A stretch of DNA of 63,452 nucleotides, filler included, from Octopus bimaculoides (taxonomy: Eukaryota): assembly GCF_001194135.2 (NCBI RefSeq). It is 4 parts of 3 records of this genome, joined end to end, with 100 filler letters (N's around TTAATTAATTAA, not from the genome) between each part and the next. Parts side by side here need not be neighbours in the genome. Positions count along the whole stretch, not along the records: positions 33,036 to 60,300 come from NC_068981.1; 3 more parts are not named here. One strand, 5' to 3'. The stretch's first letter is position 1. Each line of letters starts with the position of its first letter. This document shows, piece after piece, positions 41,038 through 54,399 of this stretch. A model generated the notes under the pieces. The model did not search any database. It had not been told where the DNA came from and saw only the letters and a program-made list of their open reading frames with translations. A program made the position numbers and the translations under genes.

Positions 41038-42266
41038 ACACACACATNNNNNNNNNNNNNNNNNNNNNNNNNNNNNNNNNNNNNNNNNNNNNNNNNNNNN
41101 NNNNNNNNNNNNNNNNNNNNNNNNNNNNNNNNNNNNNNNNNNNNNNNNNNNNNNNNNNNNNNNNNNNNNNNNNNNNNNNNNNNNNNNNNNNNNNNNNNNN
41201 NNNNNNNNNNNNNNNNNNNNNNNNNNNNNNNNNNNNNNNNNNNNNNNNNNNNNNNNNNNNNNNNNNNNNNNNNNNNNNNNNNNNNNNNNNNNNNNNNNNN
41301 NNNNNNNNNNNNNNNNNNNNNNNNNNNNNNNNNNNNNNNNNNNNNNNNNNNNNNNNNNNNNNNNNNNNNNNNNNNNNNNNNNNNNNNNNNNNNNNNNNNN
41401 NNNNNNNNNNNNNNNNNNNNNNNNNNNNNNNNNNNNNNNNNNNNNNNNNNNNNNNNNNNNNNNNNNNNNNNNNNNNNNNNNNNNNNNNNNNNNNNNNNNN
41501 NNNNNNNNNNNNNNNNNNNNNNNNNNNNNNNNNNNGAACCGCTAAGTTACGGGGACGTAAACACAACAGCATCGGTTGTCAACCGATGTTGGGGGGCGGA
41601 CAAACATAGACATACAAGCATATACACACATACATACATACGATGAGCTTCTTTCAGTTTCCATCTACCGAATCCACTCACAAGACTTTGGTCAGCCTGA
41701 GGCTTTAGTGGAAGACACTTGGCCAAGGTGCCACGCAGTAGGACTGAACTCGTAACCCTGTTGTTGGTAAGCAAGCTACTTACCACACAGGCACTCCTGC
41801 ACCTATTGTAATAACAAAAACTTTTGGATGGAAATTCCCCAAATCGTTTAATGCATTGCAAAATCTATGGATTTTGCAAATCGTATTTTTAATACGACTG
41901 GGGAAAGCATGAGATTTGTAGAAACGTACGTAGCAATGCATTCAAGGATTTATGAATTTTCATTCAAAAGTTCTTGTTATTACTGTAATCATTCTACGCT
42001 ATAGTGGCACCAGACTAATAACCTGGAAGATGGGAATAATAACCTCTAACGGGAATAAATAGCACAGGGCCTTTTATGAGCGCACTTAAAAACGTTTCAC
42101 ATAAATGAACTTAAAGGATGTATGGGTGTGCGTACATATTTATAAACATATATATGGATATATACGTATGCTGTCGATCTGTCTATTTCTGCATGTATGT
42201 GCATATCTATATATGCATGTATGTGTATATGCATCTATGTATGTATGCATGTGTTTGCACACGTAC

Positions 42267-42518
42267 ACAGGTGAATCCTTTGTTCGTTCCCACATCCTGG
42301 TTGCTGTGGTAAATAGGAGGGTCACTGCCTCTGCGGCCGAACGGAACAAAATCCTTAAGTATTAGGACCTGCCAGTGAACTATTTCTTCCAGCTTGTGGT
42401 GTTTAGGGGCTGGGCCACTGACAACGAAGTTCTTATTATCGTTGGTGGCTCGCCTTACCGAGGTGTTAGGTGTTGCCCATAAGGTTGTTTGACTGTTCCA
42501 GCGCCTTAGCCCCGCCAT
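42267..42518 (-). CDS. Candidate first coding exon of an unidentified divergent gene (MAGLRRWNSQTTLWATPNTSVRRATNDNKNFVVSGPAPKHHKLEEIVHWQVLILKDFVPFGRRGSDPPIYHSNQDVGTNKGFTC)
   Basis: Non-repetitive, GC-richer island. ATG at 42518 is in strong context (ACGATGG), and 84 open codons end at TGT|GTACGT. An alternative strong donor TCG|GTAAGG after 42459 would give a 20-aa exon. No recognisable domain. Confidence 0.35.
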
Positions 42519-43936
42519 CGTCTGTGGTAACGCCGCGAAAATGTTCACTTATTTCAGTAGATTCCATTGAACCTTGTAGTTGCGACCCATTGTGACACTT
42601 GATGTTGATTGAAGGTTTTTTTTCTTTCTTTTGCTGCTTCCTTTTCTTCTTTTCATTCTTCGCTCATGCTTGTGTTTTCTTCGATTTTGAATTTGTATTT
42701 TAATGTGGTTTTGTATAATAAATATTTCATGTACATAGGCGCAGGAGTGGCTGTGTGGTAAGTAACTTGCTTACCAACCACATGGTTCCGGGTTCAGTCC
42801 CACTGCGTGGCACCTTAGACAAGTGTCTTCTACTATAGCCTCAGGCCGACCAAAGCCTTGTGAGTGGATTTGGTAGACGGAAACTGAAAGAAGCCTGTCG
42901 TACATACATATGTGTGTGTGTGTGTGTGTGTATCTGTGTTTGTCTCTCCCCCTCCCCAACATCGCTTGACAACCGATGGTGTGTTTACGTTTTCGTAACT
43001 TAGCGATTCGGCAAAAGAGATAGATAAAATAAGTACTAGGCTTACAAAGAATAAGTCCCGGGGTCGATTTGCTTGACTAAAGGCAGCGCTCCAGCATGGC
43101 CGCAGTCAAACGACTGAAACAAGTAAAAGAATAAAAGAATACATGTTATATACGTAATTATTAAATTCATATCTGTGTAATCCCCCCCCCCCAAAGAATT
43201 AAGAAGATGCGCGTACATAAACTTGATCTTAAATATATGAGACTATATCGTTGCACAAACGATATAGTATGTGTTAGGTCCTCCCTACCTCCAATGAAGT
43301 TTTCGTCTGCAATATTTTGAGATTGGACTACAAAATTGGTTTTTAAAGAATTCACTCTTCTTTAACTCAAGAATTGATGACTTAGGTAAACGAATAATCC
43401 CAGACTTACGCTAAGGCAGACAAATTCGGAATTAAACGAATTTTAGTGCATATACTGTAACACATCCATAGAAAACTGCTTACATCAATCACATTCCAAA
43501 TTCTAGTTTTGGCACTAAATCTTCGTCAAAATCTTATTTATTGAATACATTCTTCGTTCTCACCCAACAAACAATTGCGTCTGCACCCCCATACACACTT
43601 TGACTCTTTCCTCTCCCTGGCTGCTTTGTTTAGCTTCACATTTCGAAAGTCTCGTCATCTTTAACTGCTGAGGTCGGCACACACACAGGCAGAAAGGATT
43701 ATTATTATAATTATTACCACAGCCTTTTCATAGAATAATATAATAACTGGGGTCTCACGATTTAGAACTTCAGGTGTGATACACAGACATAGTTTGTTGT
43801 TTGTAATTACAGGATTAGCCTCTGTCACACACATATAATATATAGAAAACCTATAAAAAAAGTGTATTTACAATACATACACACACCATAACAAAAGTCC
43901 CAACAGAGGTAACGTGCCCAGAAGCTGTTTATATAC

Positions 43937-44000
<64 letters not shown>

Positions 44001-44160
44001 TAGATATATGTGTGCGGATGAGAGGATTTAAAACACACATTAATACTTAAACAAAGTTGAACATAAATATATAGAAAGTAAAACAATTCTAGTTGGTAGG
44101 CCAAGGATAATAGGATAAGAACAAACCCACCCTCTTATATATGAATCTATTAAGTTGCCC

Positions 44161-44228
44161 ATGTATATAAACAGGTTGTTATCGCTGTCAGCTGGGACAG
44201 TTAGTCGAATATTGCCTTTGCGGAGGAG
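44161..44228 (+). CDS. ALDH1L1/ALDH1L2: Probable coding exon 1 of 10-formyltetrahydrofolate dehydrogenase, encoding a mitochondrial targeting presequence (MYINRLLSLSAGTVSRILPLRR-r)
   Basis: ATG at 44161 is the first in-frame ATG after an in-frame TAA (44116-44118). The 68 nt (22 codons + 2) end at a strong donor GAG|GTAAGA (GT at 44229). The phase-2 end joins the ccag| acceptor at 56121 to read ...[16 protein letters not shown] in frame. The presequence has 5 Arg and no Asp/Glu. Confidence 0.72.
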
Positions 44229-45941
44229 GTAAGAGAAAATGTTTTGTGTTTTTTAAATTAATATTCACAATTATCTTTTATCGTACACCCTTCCACACAC
44301 CTCCTTATCTCTAAAATATTCCAGTCTTTGTTATTAAACAGTTTTAGAAAACACGAATATAACTTTATCAAACTTTTTCACAAACTTTTATTTGTAACCG
44401 GTTTTATGTAAATGACGAATGTAATTTAAACAAGTTCGACATAGTTAGTTGTATAAGCCTGAACATTAAACACATGTCATCGGCACTTATATACATTCGC
44501 TAGTGGAGATATAAAGAGGTAAATTCGGTTTTGATTTCCCGTTTTTTGTCTTTAGAGTTATATTTTCTACTTTATGAACAGAAACAATCCAAGAAGATTG
44601 CCAGGAAGAATGATGGTGAGGCTGAGACGTTAGAACAGCCATGCACGTCCTCACTTTAGTGACGAGGCATCAACAACTTCGTGGTTAGCAGACCATCTCC
44701 TCTAAATATCTCGAATATTTTAGGTTTAAAAAAGTAATTCACTTATATTTGGCAATAATTTTGCGACTTCCTCCATTCTACTTCGGAAGACTTTGTAGCT
44801 GCGGTTGCCAGCGCAGCATTTTAGAATGTGAGGGGGGGGGGGGCGAAAGAATCACAAAAGTGGTCTATATAAAGCATCTGCCTCTAACAGAGACAAAAAG
44901 GTAGGGCGACCTGGCTTCTTCTTCCTATCATACCTGGACAATCACACAGACACAAACATTTAAAGGAATGTTTATTTTTGCCTGAGTTCCCTTTAAAATC
45001 CACTTGTATAGGTCTATTTAAATGTATCCCTTCTACCTTGTTCGGTGCATCCCGATGGTAGTCGACCTTCCTGTTAGGATTTCCTCAAAATCACCTCTTT
45101 TAGTCTATAAAATAAGTGCCAGTAACATACTAAAAATCGAATAAACTTCTTTGGTTTTATCAAAGTATTCTAGTGATAAGATGTCGTGTTTAGCGAAGCT
45201 AATGTATCCGAGTTCAAATTCTGTTGGTACTCATCTTCTCGGAGTCAATAAAATAATCACCAGCAATTTACTTAATTTACATTCATGTCTCAGCTTTCAG
45301 CAAATCAAGCAATTCATTTTTCTGTTTTTTTTTTCTTAAACATATGTTAAAAAATATGGGAATACTCTCTTTAGCCCGCTGGGTTAGTCCTCTCCATAAT
45401 ACACCAACTTATCCAAACTCGCGATTTTTACCGATGCGCTTTCCTTCGGCATTGTTTTGTTTCCCGTTCATGAATATGCACAAGTGTTGTGTGCATACAT
45501 TTATGTAGTTTAACGGCGAGATTAGCTAAAATCATGTTTAATGTCAACGAATTTATTTATTTATGTATATTTAAATGTTGTGTATGTCCTAATCTAAACA
45601 AACTGCTGACTCGGAAATAGCCTGGCAACCAGATTCGGCCCTCATTTAAACAGATCTTCGCGTCGTCATTTATATTTTCTTGAATATTTTGTCTGCTTTG
45701 AAGATGACTGATTACACACACGCACGTAAAACTGTATCACAAAAGTGTGAAGATGTAGACGGAGTCACCCGACATCTCGTATTTTTTGTTGTTGTTTTAC
45801 TCGAACATCGTAAGTCGGTTGGTTGTACTTTTGTTGAACATTCAATTAGACACTCACTCGCATGCAAAGAACATTACTCGGTTGCCTGTTTGGGAGTCTT
45901 GTTCGTTCCCAGTCTGAGAATTCGTATCTCCAGGTCAGCCC

Positions 45942-46448
45942 TGGGTGGATATTGGAATTAGACACTGAGGGAAAATGGCTGTAACTTTTTAATTTTTTAA
46001 TTTTGGCGATTTTCGTTTTCGATAATGTGTTCTATATGTCACGGTCATGCGATTCCCCCTAAAAAAATCTGGTTAGGTTTACCCTAACCCTAACCCTAAC
46101 CCCGTTTGCCAAAGCGCATTTTTTCCTTCATATTTATTTACATATAGTCCATCTGGACCAATGCAAGATTTGGATTGTCCGCGTTTAGCTGTAATTTCTA
46201 GCATATCAAGTTTCGTGGTGGGGACTCCACATATGATCCTTTTTCTGTTTCAATATAAATGTAAGCCGTTCATTTTCACATCTAAGTTGCGAGAAGGCTA
46301 NNNNNNNNNNCTGGTCCCCAATTTTTTTTAGGGGGAATCGCATGACCGTGACATATAGAACACATTATCGAAAACGAAAGTCGTCAAAATTAAAAAATAA
46401 AAAAGTTACACCCATTTTCCCTCAGTGTCTAATTCCAATGTCCACCCA
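45942..46448. mobile_element. Non-autonomous DNA transposon with about 127-bp TIRs, TG...CA ends and internal (CCCTAA)3
   Basis: TIRs at 45941-46067 and 46322-46449 with 5 mismatches; GCCC flanks both ends (45938-45941, 46449-46452); a 10-N gap lies inside. Confidence 0.8.
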
Positions 46449-48384
46449 GCCCAGTTTTGATTTTTGCATTAATCATTGGCACTGGTATTCCTAACTAACG
46501 AAGACATCTGGTCGTTGAAGATAAAGAATAGGTGATTGAGGATGTTCATGGACCGCCCTATAAATATTAATGCCGAATGACAAGCAAGGTATACGAAAAT
46601 GAAGTAGCGAGCCATTGAAAAGTGCGTGGAATTTTGTATATGCTGGGAACCAGTAGGGTTGAGAAAAAACCCGGACAGCTTCACTTGCATTTGGGACCGG
46701 TGTCTTGTATAGGATACCATAGGGTTTAACTACATTTATTATATAAACATATTAATTCTTTATTTATTGATGTATCTCGTGGTTATAACAGAAACAACAA
46801 CTTTAAAACATCAAAGACGATCGAATACAACCCTTAATAATTCTAGACCAGAGCTACGCAGCCAAACAATTGATAAAATCTATAAATGAATCTTTGAAAT
46901 AGCATACTGTGCCCCAACCAACAACTCGTATACAACACGAAGGATGTAATAAATAATTAAATGCCCTACTCTCTTCTCTGCTGAGACAGGCACTGAAAGC
47001 TGAAGGTAGTTAAAGCTTTGGTAGCGTAACACAGTTTATGTGTTAGCAGTTATCTCTATTTCGCTGCTGAATCCCGAATTAAACAACAAAAATATATTTA
47101 ATAACGGTCGCAGTGACACGAGTTAAATGTTATTCCACCTTGAGTATCTGCGTAGAACTGCTAATAATAACTGCCAATAAACAGTCGCTGGTCAGCTTCG
47201 ATCCTGCAGACCAATGATCAAAAGACTGAATTATCACAACAGCAAGGTGTGCTTTGAGAGAGATCTGGCTGCTATTTCTAGCAGGTCGAATAATCTCTTT
47301 GAGGTTTCTCTTTTGAGAAGTTGTTTAGTGACATAATTAACACGCTAAGGTCAAGCACTTTCTGTAAATATATCAACCTTTGTTATACAAGTATAAACAG
47401 CTTGTAGGGTCCATTAAGAACTTAACACAGCATGTGTGTCTATGTTGCAGAACATGTCTTGTTCTTATTCCAACAATTTAACCTTCCGATAACTCCGCCC
47501 TCACCATCAAAAGAGCATCTACATGGTCGTTCTACCGTCTGGAAATAGTAGCGAAATTTCTCTTAAATCACACCTGACCTTCTAACAAAAAAAAAGAAAA
47601 CTTATCAGGCAGTAAAATGTCTGTCCTGTACGAAATGGTCACGGCTGGAACGTCTTTGATCATAGATTTGTTAAGTTGGGTCCAACCCGGGGCTAACTGT
47701 AAGATACGTTGCTGACAAACTCAGAACGAAAACTCTTTGCGGTCGTTTTTACTCACTGGAAATAGTAACTAATGTTTAGTCTGGCCCTTGACTACGTTTT
47801 ATATAACATTTATTTATTTATTTATTTATTCAATTTTTTGGGGGGAAATATTAAGATATTCTGTCCTATCACTTACATGTGCTCAGAATTAGAACTCATC
47901 TAGACCAGTAATTAATATCAGTTCTGATTAGTCTAATCAGTATATTGTAGAGATTCTAATTTAACAAATTCTGTGTGTGTGCGTGTATGATTGAATCTTC
48001 CATGCGTCAACATGTATCTCCTTGCGACAATGTAAACTTTCATTTAATCAAGATATCCTTGGCCTGCAAAGTAGTCTGCAGTACACACCTCGCTTGGATA
48101 TTTACCATTTCCGACGTTCCGCTCGCAATGAAACATATGTAATCCGGATCTTATCAACTCCATTCCATAACTCTTGTTCTTATTCGCACACCCGGCAACC
48201 CTGGTCGCCTACCGTGAAATATAAAAAGAACATTTTTTCAGTTTATCCTACTTCGATACGGAAAAACTCCACAACCTTCCATCTCAATAAACCACTATTG
48301 TCCCTGAAAGATTTTTTTAATATTTACCTTGGATTGCTTGAAGTTAACTTACTTCCTACACCTTGATCCCTGGATCTTACATAT

Positions 48385-48660
48385 CATCATCATCATCATC
48401 ATCATCATCATCGTTTAACGTCCGCTTTCCATGCTAGCATGGGTTGGACGATTTGACTGAGGACTGGTGAAACCGGATGGCAACACCAGGCTCCAATCTA
48501 ATTTGGCAGAGTTTCTACAGCTGGATGCCCTTCCTAACGCCAACCACTCAGAGAGTGTAGTGGGTGCTTTTACGTGTCACCCGCACGAAAACGGCCACGC
48601 TCGAAATGGTGTCTTTTATGTGCCACCCGCACAAGCCAGTCCAGGGGCACTGGCAACGAT
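48385..48660 (-). mobile_element. Family-C SINE/short retroposon with RTE-like 3' end and (GAT)n tail
   Basis: ...GTTGGCGTTAGGAAGGGCATCCAGCTGTAGAAACTCTGCC...CCAACCCATGCTAGCATGGAAAGCGGACGTTAAACGATGATG on -. Other copies at about 37040-37185, 39395-39646, 48690-48960, 49168-49260, 50560-50820, 51640-51740, 51850-52040, 54770-55124, 57078-57310, 59148-59360 and 59375-59520. Confidence 0.8.
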
Positions 48661-50183
48661 ATATATATATATATATAAATCATCCACATCACCATTTAAC
48701 GTCTGTTGTCCATGTTGGCAATGGTTGGACAGTTTAACCAGGGCTGGTAAGCTGCGAAGCTGAAGCAGACTCCCGTCTGATTTGGCATGGTTTCTACGGC
48801 TAGATGCCCTTCCTAATGCCAACCACCCCAAGAATGTAATGGATCCTTTTTCGTGCCGGTTGTGTGACACCAGTATCTACCACCACTATGATTTCGCTTG
48901 GCTTGGTGGGTCTTCTTCTCAAGCCCAGCACATTGACAAAGGTCTCAGTCATTTGTCATTGAGGGCAATGAGATGGCAGAGTCGTTCACATGCTGAGCAA
49001 AATGCTTCATTCTGGGTTCCAGTTCCACTGCTGAGGTCAACTTTGCCTTTCGTCCTTTTAGGGGTGGATACAATAAGTACCAGTTATGCACTGGGGTCGA
49101 TGTAATCGACTTAACCCTTTCCCTGCTTTTACTGGCCTTGTACCAAAACTTGAAGCCAAAATATAGATTAGAGCCTGGTGCAGCCACTGGCTCTCCAGAC
49201 CTCAGTCAAACCATCCAACCCATGCCAGCATGGAAAACGGACGTTACATGATGATGATATATTCTGCGTAGGTGCAGGCATGGCTGTGTGGTAAGTAGCT
49301 TGCTTACCAACCACATGGTTCCGGGTTCACTCCCACTGCGTGGCACCTTGGGCAAGTGTCTTTTATCATAGCCTCAGGCCGACCAAAACCTTGTGAGTGG
49401 ATTTGGTAGACGGAAACTGAAAGAAGCCCATCATAAATATATATCTATATATGTATGTATGTATGTATATGTTTGTGTATCTGTGTTTGTTCCCCCCCCC
49501 CCCCCCCNNNNNNNNNNNNNNNNNNNNNNNNNNNNNNNNNNNNNNNNNNNNNCAACCAATGTTGGTGTGTTTATGCACCCCGTAAATTCGCAGTTCGGCA
49601 AAAGAAACTGATAGAAAAACTACTAAGCTTGCAAAGAATAAGTCCTGGGGTCAATAAGGTGGTGCTCCAGCATGGCCACAGTCAAATGACTGAAACAAAT
49701 AAAAGAATAAGAATAGATGTAGTTTATATCCATTTAAAAGAAGAAAAGAAAAGAAAATGGAGAAAATGAAGTTAAGATGACCAATAAATAATTATTAACT
49801 TCCTTATCTCCATCCTCTTTTCTTCTTTCAAATAGATCTAAATTATATGCTTAATATTTATACCTCTTATTTCAAGGGAATTTCATTACCCCAAACTGCT
49901 AGGTTTTGAACCATATTTCCTTGGATTCAGCCATCCGTTCACAAGGTTAACATATCTTCTAATTCAATTTAAATATATATTTTCTGTTTTTAATTATTTG
50001 AAATTTTCTCATAAGAAAGAAGCTAGTTTCTATCAAGGATACAAAACTCCATCGTTGGAATGTAGATAACAAAAAACAATGTCACATTTTAAACTTGCGA
50101 AAAGTCTTGCAGATTTTTATTGTTCCATTTATAATGTGCATTTACAAGCCCCAGCTTTTCTAGATTGTCTCTTAGGCATTTAC

Positions 50184-50410
50184 TCAAATACCAAGGAGAC
50201 CAATTATTGTTAGTGTAAATGTGTATTCATAATCTTTGTATAAAAGCTGGATGATTCGAAGCAGCTGTCCATAATTATCCTCTTTCTCTTTGATTTTCAA
50301 TGACATCTCTATGATGGTAAAATGCTTTTTCTTTTCTGTCCCAAGCAACCATGTTTGGCCAGTAATGCTTGATAGAAGTTTTGATGGGAATGTTCCACCA
50401 ATATTCCTTG
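50184..50410 (-). pseudogene. RLE endonuclease domain fragment of an R4/Dong-like LINE
   Basis: WWNIPIKTSIKH.WPNMVAWDRKEK..TIIEMS..KIKEKEDNYGQLLRIIQLLYKDYEYTFTLTIIGLLG follows the PD..D/E-xK restriction-like endonuclease pattern; frameshifted. Confidence 0.65.
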
Positions 50411-52937
50411 TGTTGATGTTTATGTTTATCACCAATAGCTGGAAAATTCTCCACATCCATGTGTGTGTGTGTGTTTGTCATCATCATCATCCTTTAACCC
50501 TTTCGTTACCGTATTTATTTTGAGATGCTCTGTGTTTCTTTCAATTAATTTTAAGTCATCATCGTTTAACGTTCGTTTTCCATGCTAGCATGGGTTGGAT
50601 GGTTCGACTGGCCTCTGGGAAGCCAAGAGTCTGCACCAGACTCCAGTCTGGTCTATCAGTGTTTCAACAGCTGGATGCCCTTCCTAACACCAACCACCCC
50701 AAGAGTGTAATGGGTGCTTTTTTTATGTACCACTGGCACAGGGGCCAGAGGGGGGCTAGCATCGACCACAATTGGATAGTGCTTTTTACATGCCACTGGC
50801 ACGGGAGCCAGTTGGGGCGAAGTGAAACCGCTATATGGGGACATAAACAAACCAGCATCAGTTGTCAAGTGATGGGGGGGGGGGTAAACACAGACACACA
50901 AACATATACTCACACACATATATATACATACATATATATATATATATATTGTATATATGACAGGTTTCTTTCAGTTTCCGTCTACCAAATCCACTCACAA
51001 GGCTTTGGTTGGCCTGAGGCTATAGCAGAAGACACTTGCCCAAGGTGCCATGCAGTGGGACTGAACCCAGAACCATGTGGTTGGGAAGCAAGCTACTTAC
51101 CACACAGCCACTCCTGGCACCATATGAATGTATATAAGTCCTCCAGTAAGTTTTGTTTGGTGGCTTGATCTACACGAAATGGCAACCAACTATCTTGCAA
51201 AAAGAAGGACACATTTACAAATGTACACCTGGATACACTATGGCCAAAATAAATGTAACAGTCAAGGATGGAATGTCTTTCATCATAGATTTACTGGATC
51301 CTATTGAAACGGGTTAAACAATGACAACAACATGTATGTTTATACAGAAATACACACACAATGTGTTTTCACATATAGAAACATGTACACTCGCACACTC
51401 GAGTACTTTGTATTGTTTCTGTAAAAGTTCTATATTGTTGAGATTATTGCTTTATTCTGTCCCAACATTCCACTCTGATTGTTCAGAAGTCGTTCTTTCT
51501 GGTCGTTATTTCTGGTCTTTGTGGTGGTAAATTAAGTTTTCCAGTTGAGTGATTAGTAGTGGGATATACATACAATCAAAAATAATTGCTTCAATATTAT
51601 GCAAATCATTGTTATTAACATAATCCTCATCGTCATAAAATCCACTTTCCATGCTTGCATGAGTTGGATGGGGTTTGTTAAAGCAGATTTTTCTATGTCT
51701 GGATGCCTTTCCTGTTGCCAACTCTTGCTTGTTTCCAAGCAAGATAATATTTCTCTGTGACTAGATGTGGTTTTGTAGATTATGTGTGATGTGACACTTG
51801 TTAACTGTCATGTGATTTCAAAACAAGGAGAGAGAGAGTGAGAGAGATACACAAGCATAAAAAGCACCCAGTACACTCCGTAATGTTGTTGGTGTTAGGA
51901 AGGGCATCCAGCCATAGAAACTATGTCAAAACAGACACTTGGAGCATGTTGCAGTCCTCCGGTTTGTCATCTTCTGTCAAACCACCCAACCCATGCCAGC
52001 ATAGAAAAGACATTAAATGATGATGATGATGATGATATATATGGTGGGGGCTTCTTTCAGTTTCCATCTACCAAATTTACTCACAAGGCTTTAGTCATCC
52101 CAGGGCTATAGTAGAAGATACTTGCCCAAGGTGCCATGCAATGGGACAGAACCTGAAACCGTGTGATTGGGAAGCAAACTTCTCAACCATACAGCCATAC
52201 CTGTATACCTGTGCCACACAGGTGCGCTGGCACCTGTGTTATTAAAATATTAGCAAATATCTACATTATCAAAATGATGCATCACTTATCTATATCAATA
52301 TCATTCTCATTATTATTTTATGCTTGGTTTTGAATGGGTTGAACAGGTTGTCATACCCTAAGGAACTTCTTAATTAAAAGGAATTATTTCTAAGCCAAAT
52401 CAGGGCACCATTTCTCATGGTTTTCTAGTTCTTGACATCGTTTCCTCAGGTTGGATGTTCTTATCCTCAACCATTTCACAATGTCTCCTGGATGTGTTTT
52501 ACCTTCACAACAGGACATCACTGGTTCTCTTTTCCCTGGTGTGATTAAAGTGTCCTATATACTGCTAAAGAAAAAGAAAAAACTGGATAGTCACGTTTGG
52601 AATGGCTGTTATCATACATATGCTTTCTCCGGGTTGACCTGAACTTGGCAGTAATGGTGGAGTGGTTGGTAGTAGGGCTGACAGGAAGATGTGTTATGTA
52701 AATAATTTGTCAACAGTTGTCACTGAAGACACGATGCTGGGTCGTTGTGACCTTTTATAAGCATTTGTTTGTTTGCTACAACAACAATAACAACAACAGC
52801 AGCAGCAACAACAACAACAGTAACAAGTGCAATAAAACTTTTAATGAATTTTAATGAAGATGATAAACGAGTTGTTAAAATATTTATCGGAATCAATGGT
52901 TTGTAGTGGTCTGTTTTTACTGAGATTAGTTTATCTG

Positions 52938-52987
<50 letters not shown>

Positions 52988-53101
52988 CTGTTGAAGCACA
53001 TCTATTAATTCCAGTATTCCAAATCCGTATGTGGATGTTGTATTTGTGCAAGGAATACACAAGAGTTAAAAATACTGGGAAATATTTTCTGCGGAGAAAT
53101 A

Positions 53102-53289
53102 ATATCAAAACAGGAGTGTGGACAAGTTTTTGGTATTATTTATTCACCATTTCATTTGCTTATAAGAGATACAAACTTATACATGCTTTCTGCTATATGT
53201 ACAATGTTGTAACTCCTATTAGCAAATGAAACACATGTAATGGTGAATACATAATACCAAAACATTGTTCCAATCTCCTGTTTTGATAT
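53102..53289. repeat. Old, diverged foldback element (about 85-bp arms)
   Basis: ATATCAAAACAGGAG...TTTTGGTATTATTTATTCACCATT...ATTTGCT is mirrored by AGCAAAT...AATGGTGAATACATAATACCAAAA...CTCCTGTTTTGATAT. Confidence 0.7.
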
Positions 53290-53456
53290 GTATATATGAA
53301 TGGTAGATGATGATGATGTAGATGGATGTCCAGGTTAAGAGACAGACGGGTGGGTGTTGAAAAATAGGGATGTAAGTAGGTAGGGTTTTTTTGAGATGTG
53401 AAGACTGGGAGAAATGGGTTGATATAGATTGCTAGATGAGTACTGTATGTGTGTAT

Positions 53457-53495
<39 letters not shown>

Positions 53496-54399
53496 GCCAT
53501 AGATTGAGTTGAAGAAAGTGATGGTCTCACATTAGTCTTTAATCAAATGTCTGCTGAAGCAGAAATAACCTGAAGCTAAATAACAATTGTCATCATCGTC
53601 GACATCATCATCGTCATCGTCATCATCCTCGTCATTGTCATCGTCTGGAATTAAGAATTAAATGATGTATTGTGGTTGTGATGTTTTTGCTTCAAGCATG
53701 TATGTTCTGATCAAACCAACAGCGTGTGTATATGTGTGTGTGTGTATGTATGTATGTATTCAGGCGTAGATATATGTATATATTTGTGTGCTTGTATGTA
53801 TTTATGCACATGTATATGTGTGTATGCATGTATTTGTATGTGTAAGTATCTGTGTGTGTATGTATATCTGTCCATCTATCTCAACAGCCATGTATGCGTG
53901 TGTCTATGTGCATGCATTTGTATTTATGCATGTATGTGTATATCTATACACATATACTTGCGTGTGTGTGTGTGTGTGAACACCAATGCTGGCCATGCTA
54001 TATGTACATTGTGGTTACAAGATTTGGTTTCAGCTGAAATAAAATGTTTCGTTAATTCCAGAAAAGGAGAAAGGTCTCCAGCCATGACCTTTCTGAGGAC
54101 ATCCCAAATTGAGATGGTTGACATTTAACTCAGACTTTTACAGGCCAATTGTATGCAGTGGTGGTGATGGTGGTGGTGGTGGTGGTGGTGATTCCAGAGG
54201 ACTCTAGTTCTGGGGAAGAAGGACCTGACAGTGAGACATAGTAGAGGCGGTGGGAGGAGGAGGAGAGACAGGTGAACAGAGGTGGAGTTGGTGTGGCAGC
54301 CAACTTGTCTTGAAGAGCAGTGACTGTTGTAGTAGTGGTGGTAGAAGAGGAAGCAGGAGGAGGCAACCAAGTTGTTGTGTGTTGGTCTGTTAATGTTTT

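Noticed and set aside
44580-44615. Possible mini-exon (aacag|...ATGATG|gtgagg)
   Set aside because: Its ATGs would be phase 0 and out of frame with the ALDH1L acceptors; there is no other support.
46081-46103. (CCCTAA)3 as a chromosome end or fusion relic
   Set aside because: Only three units and embedded inside a TIR element.
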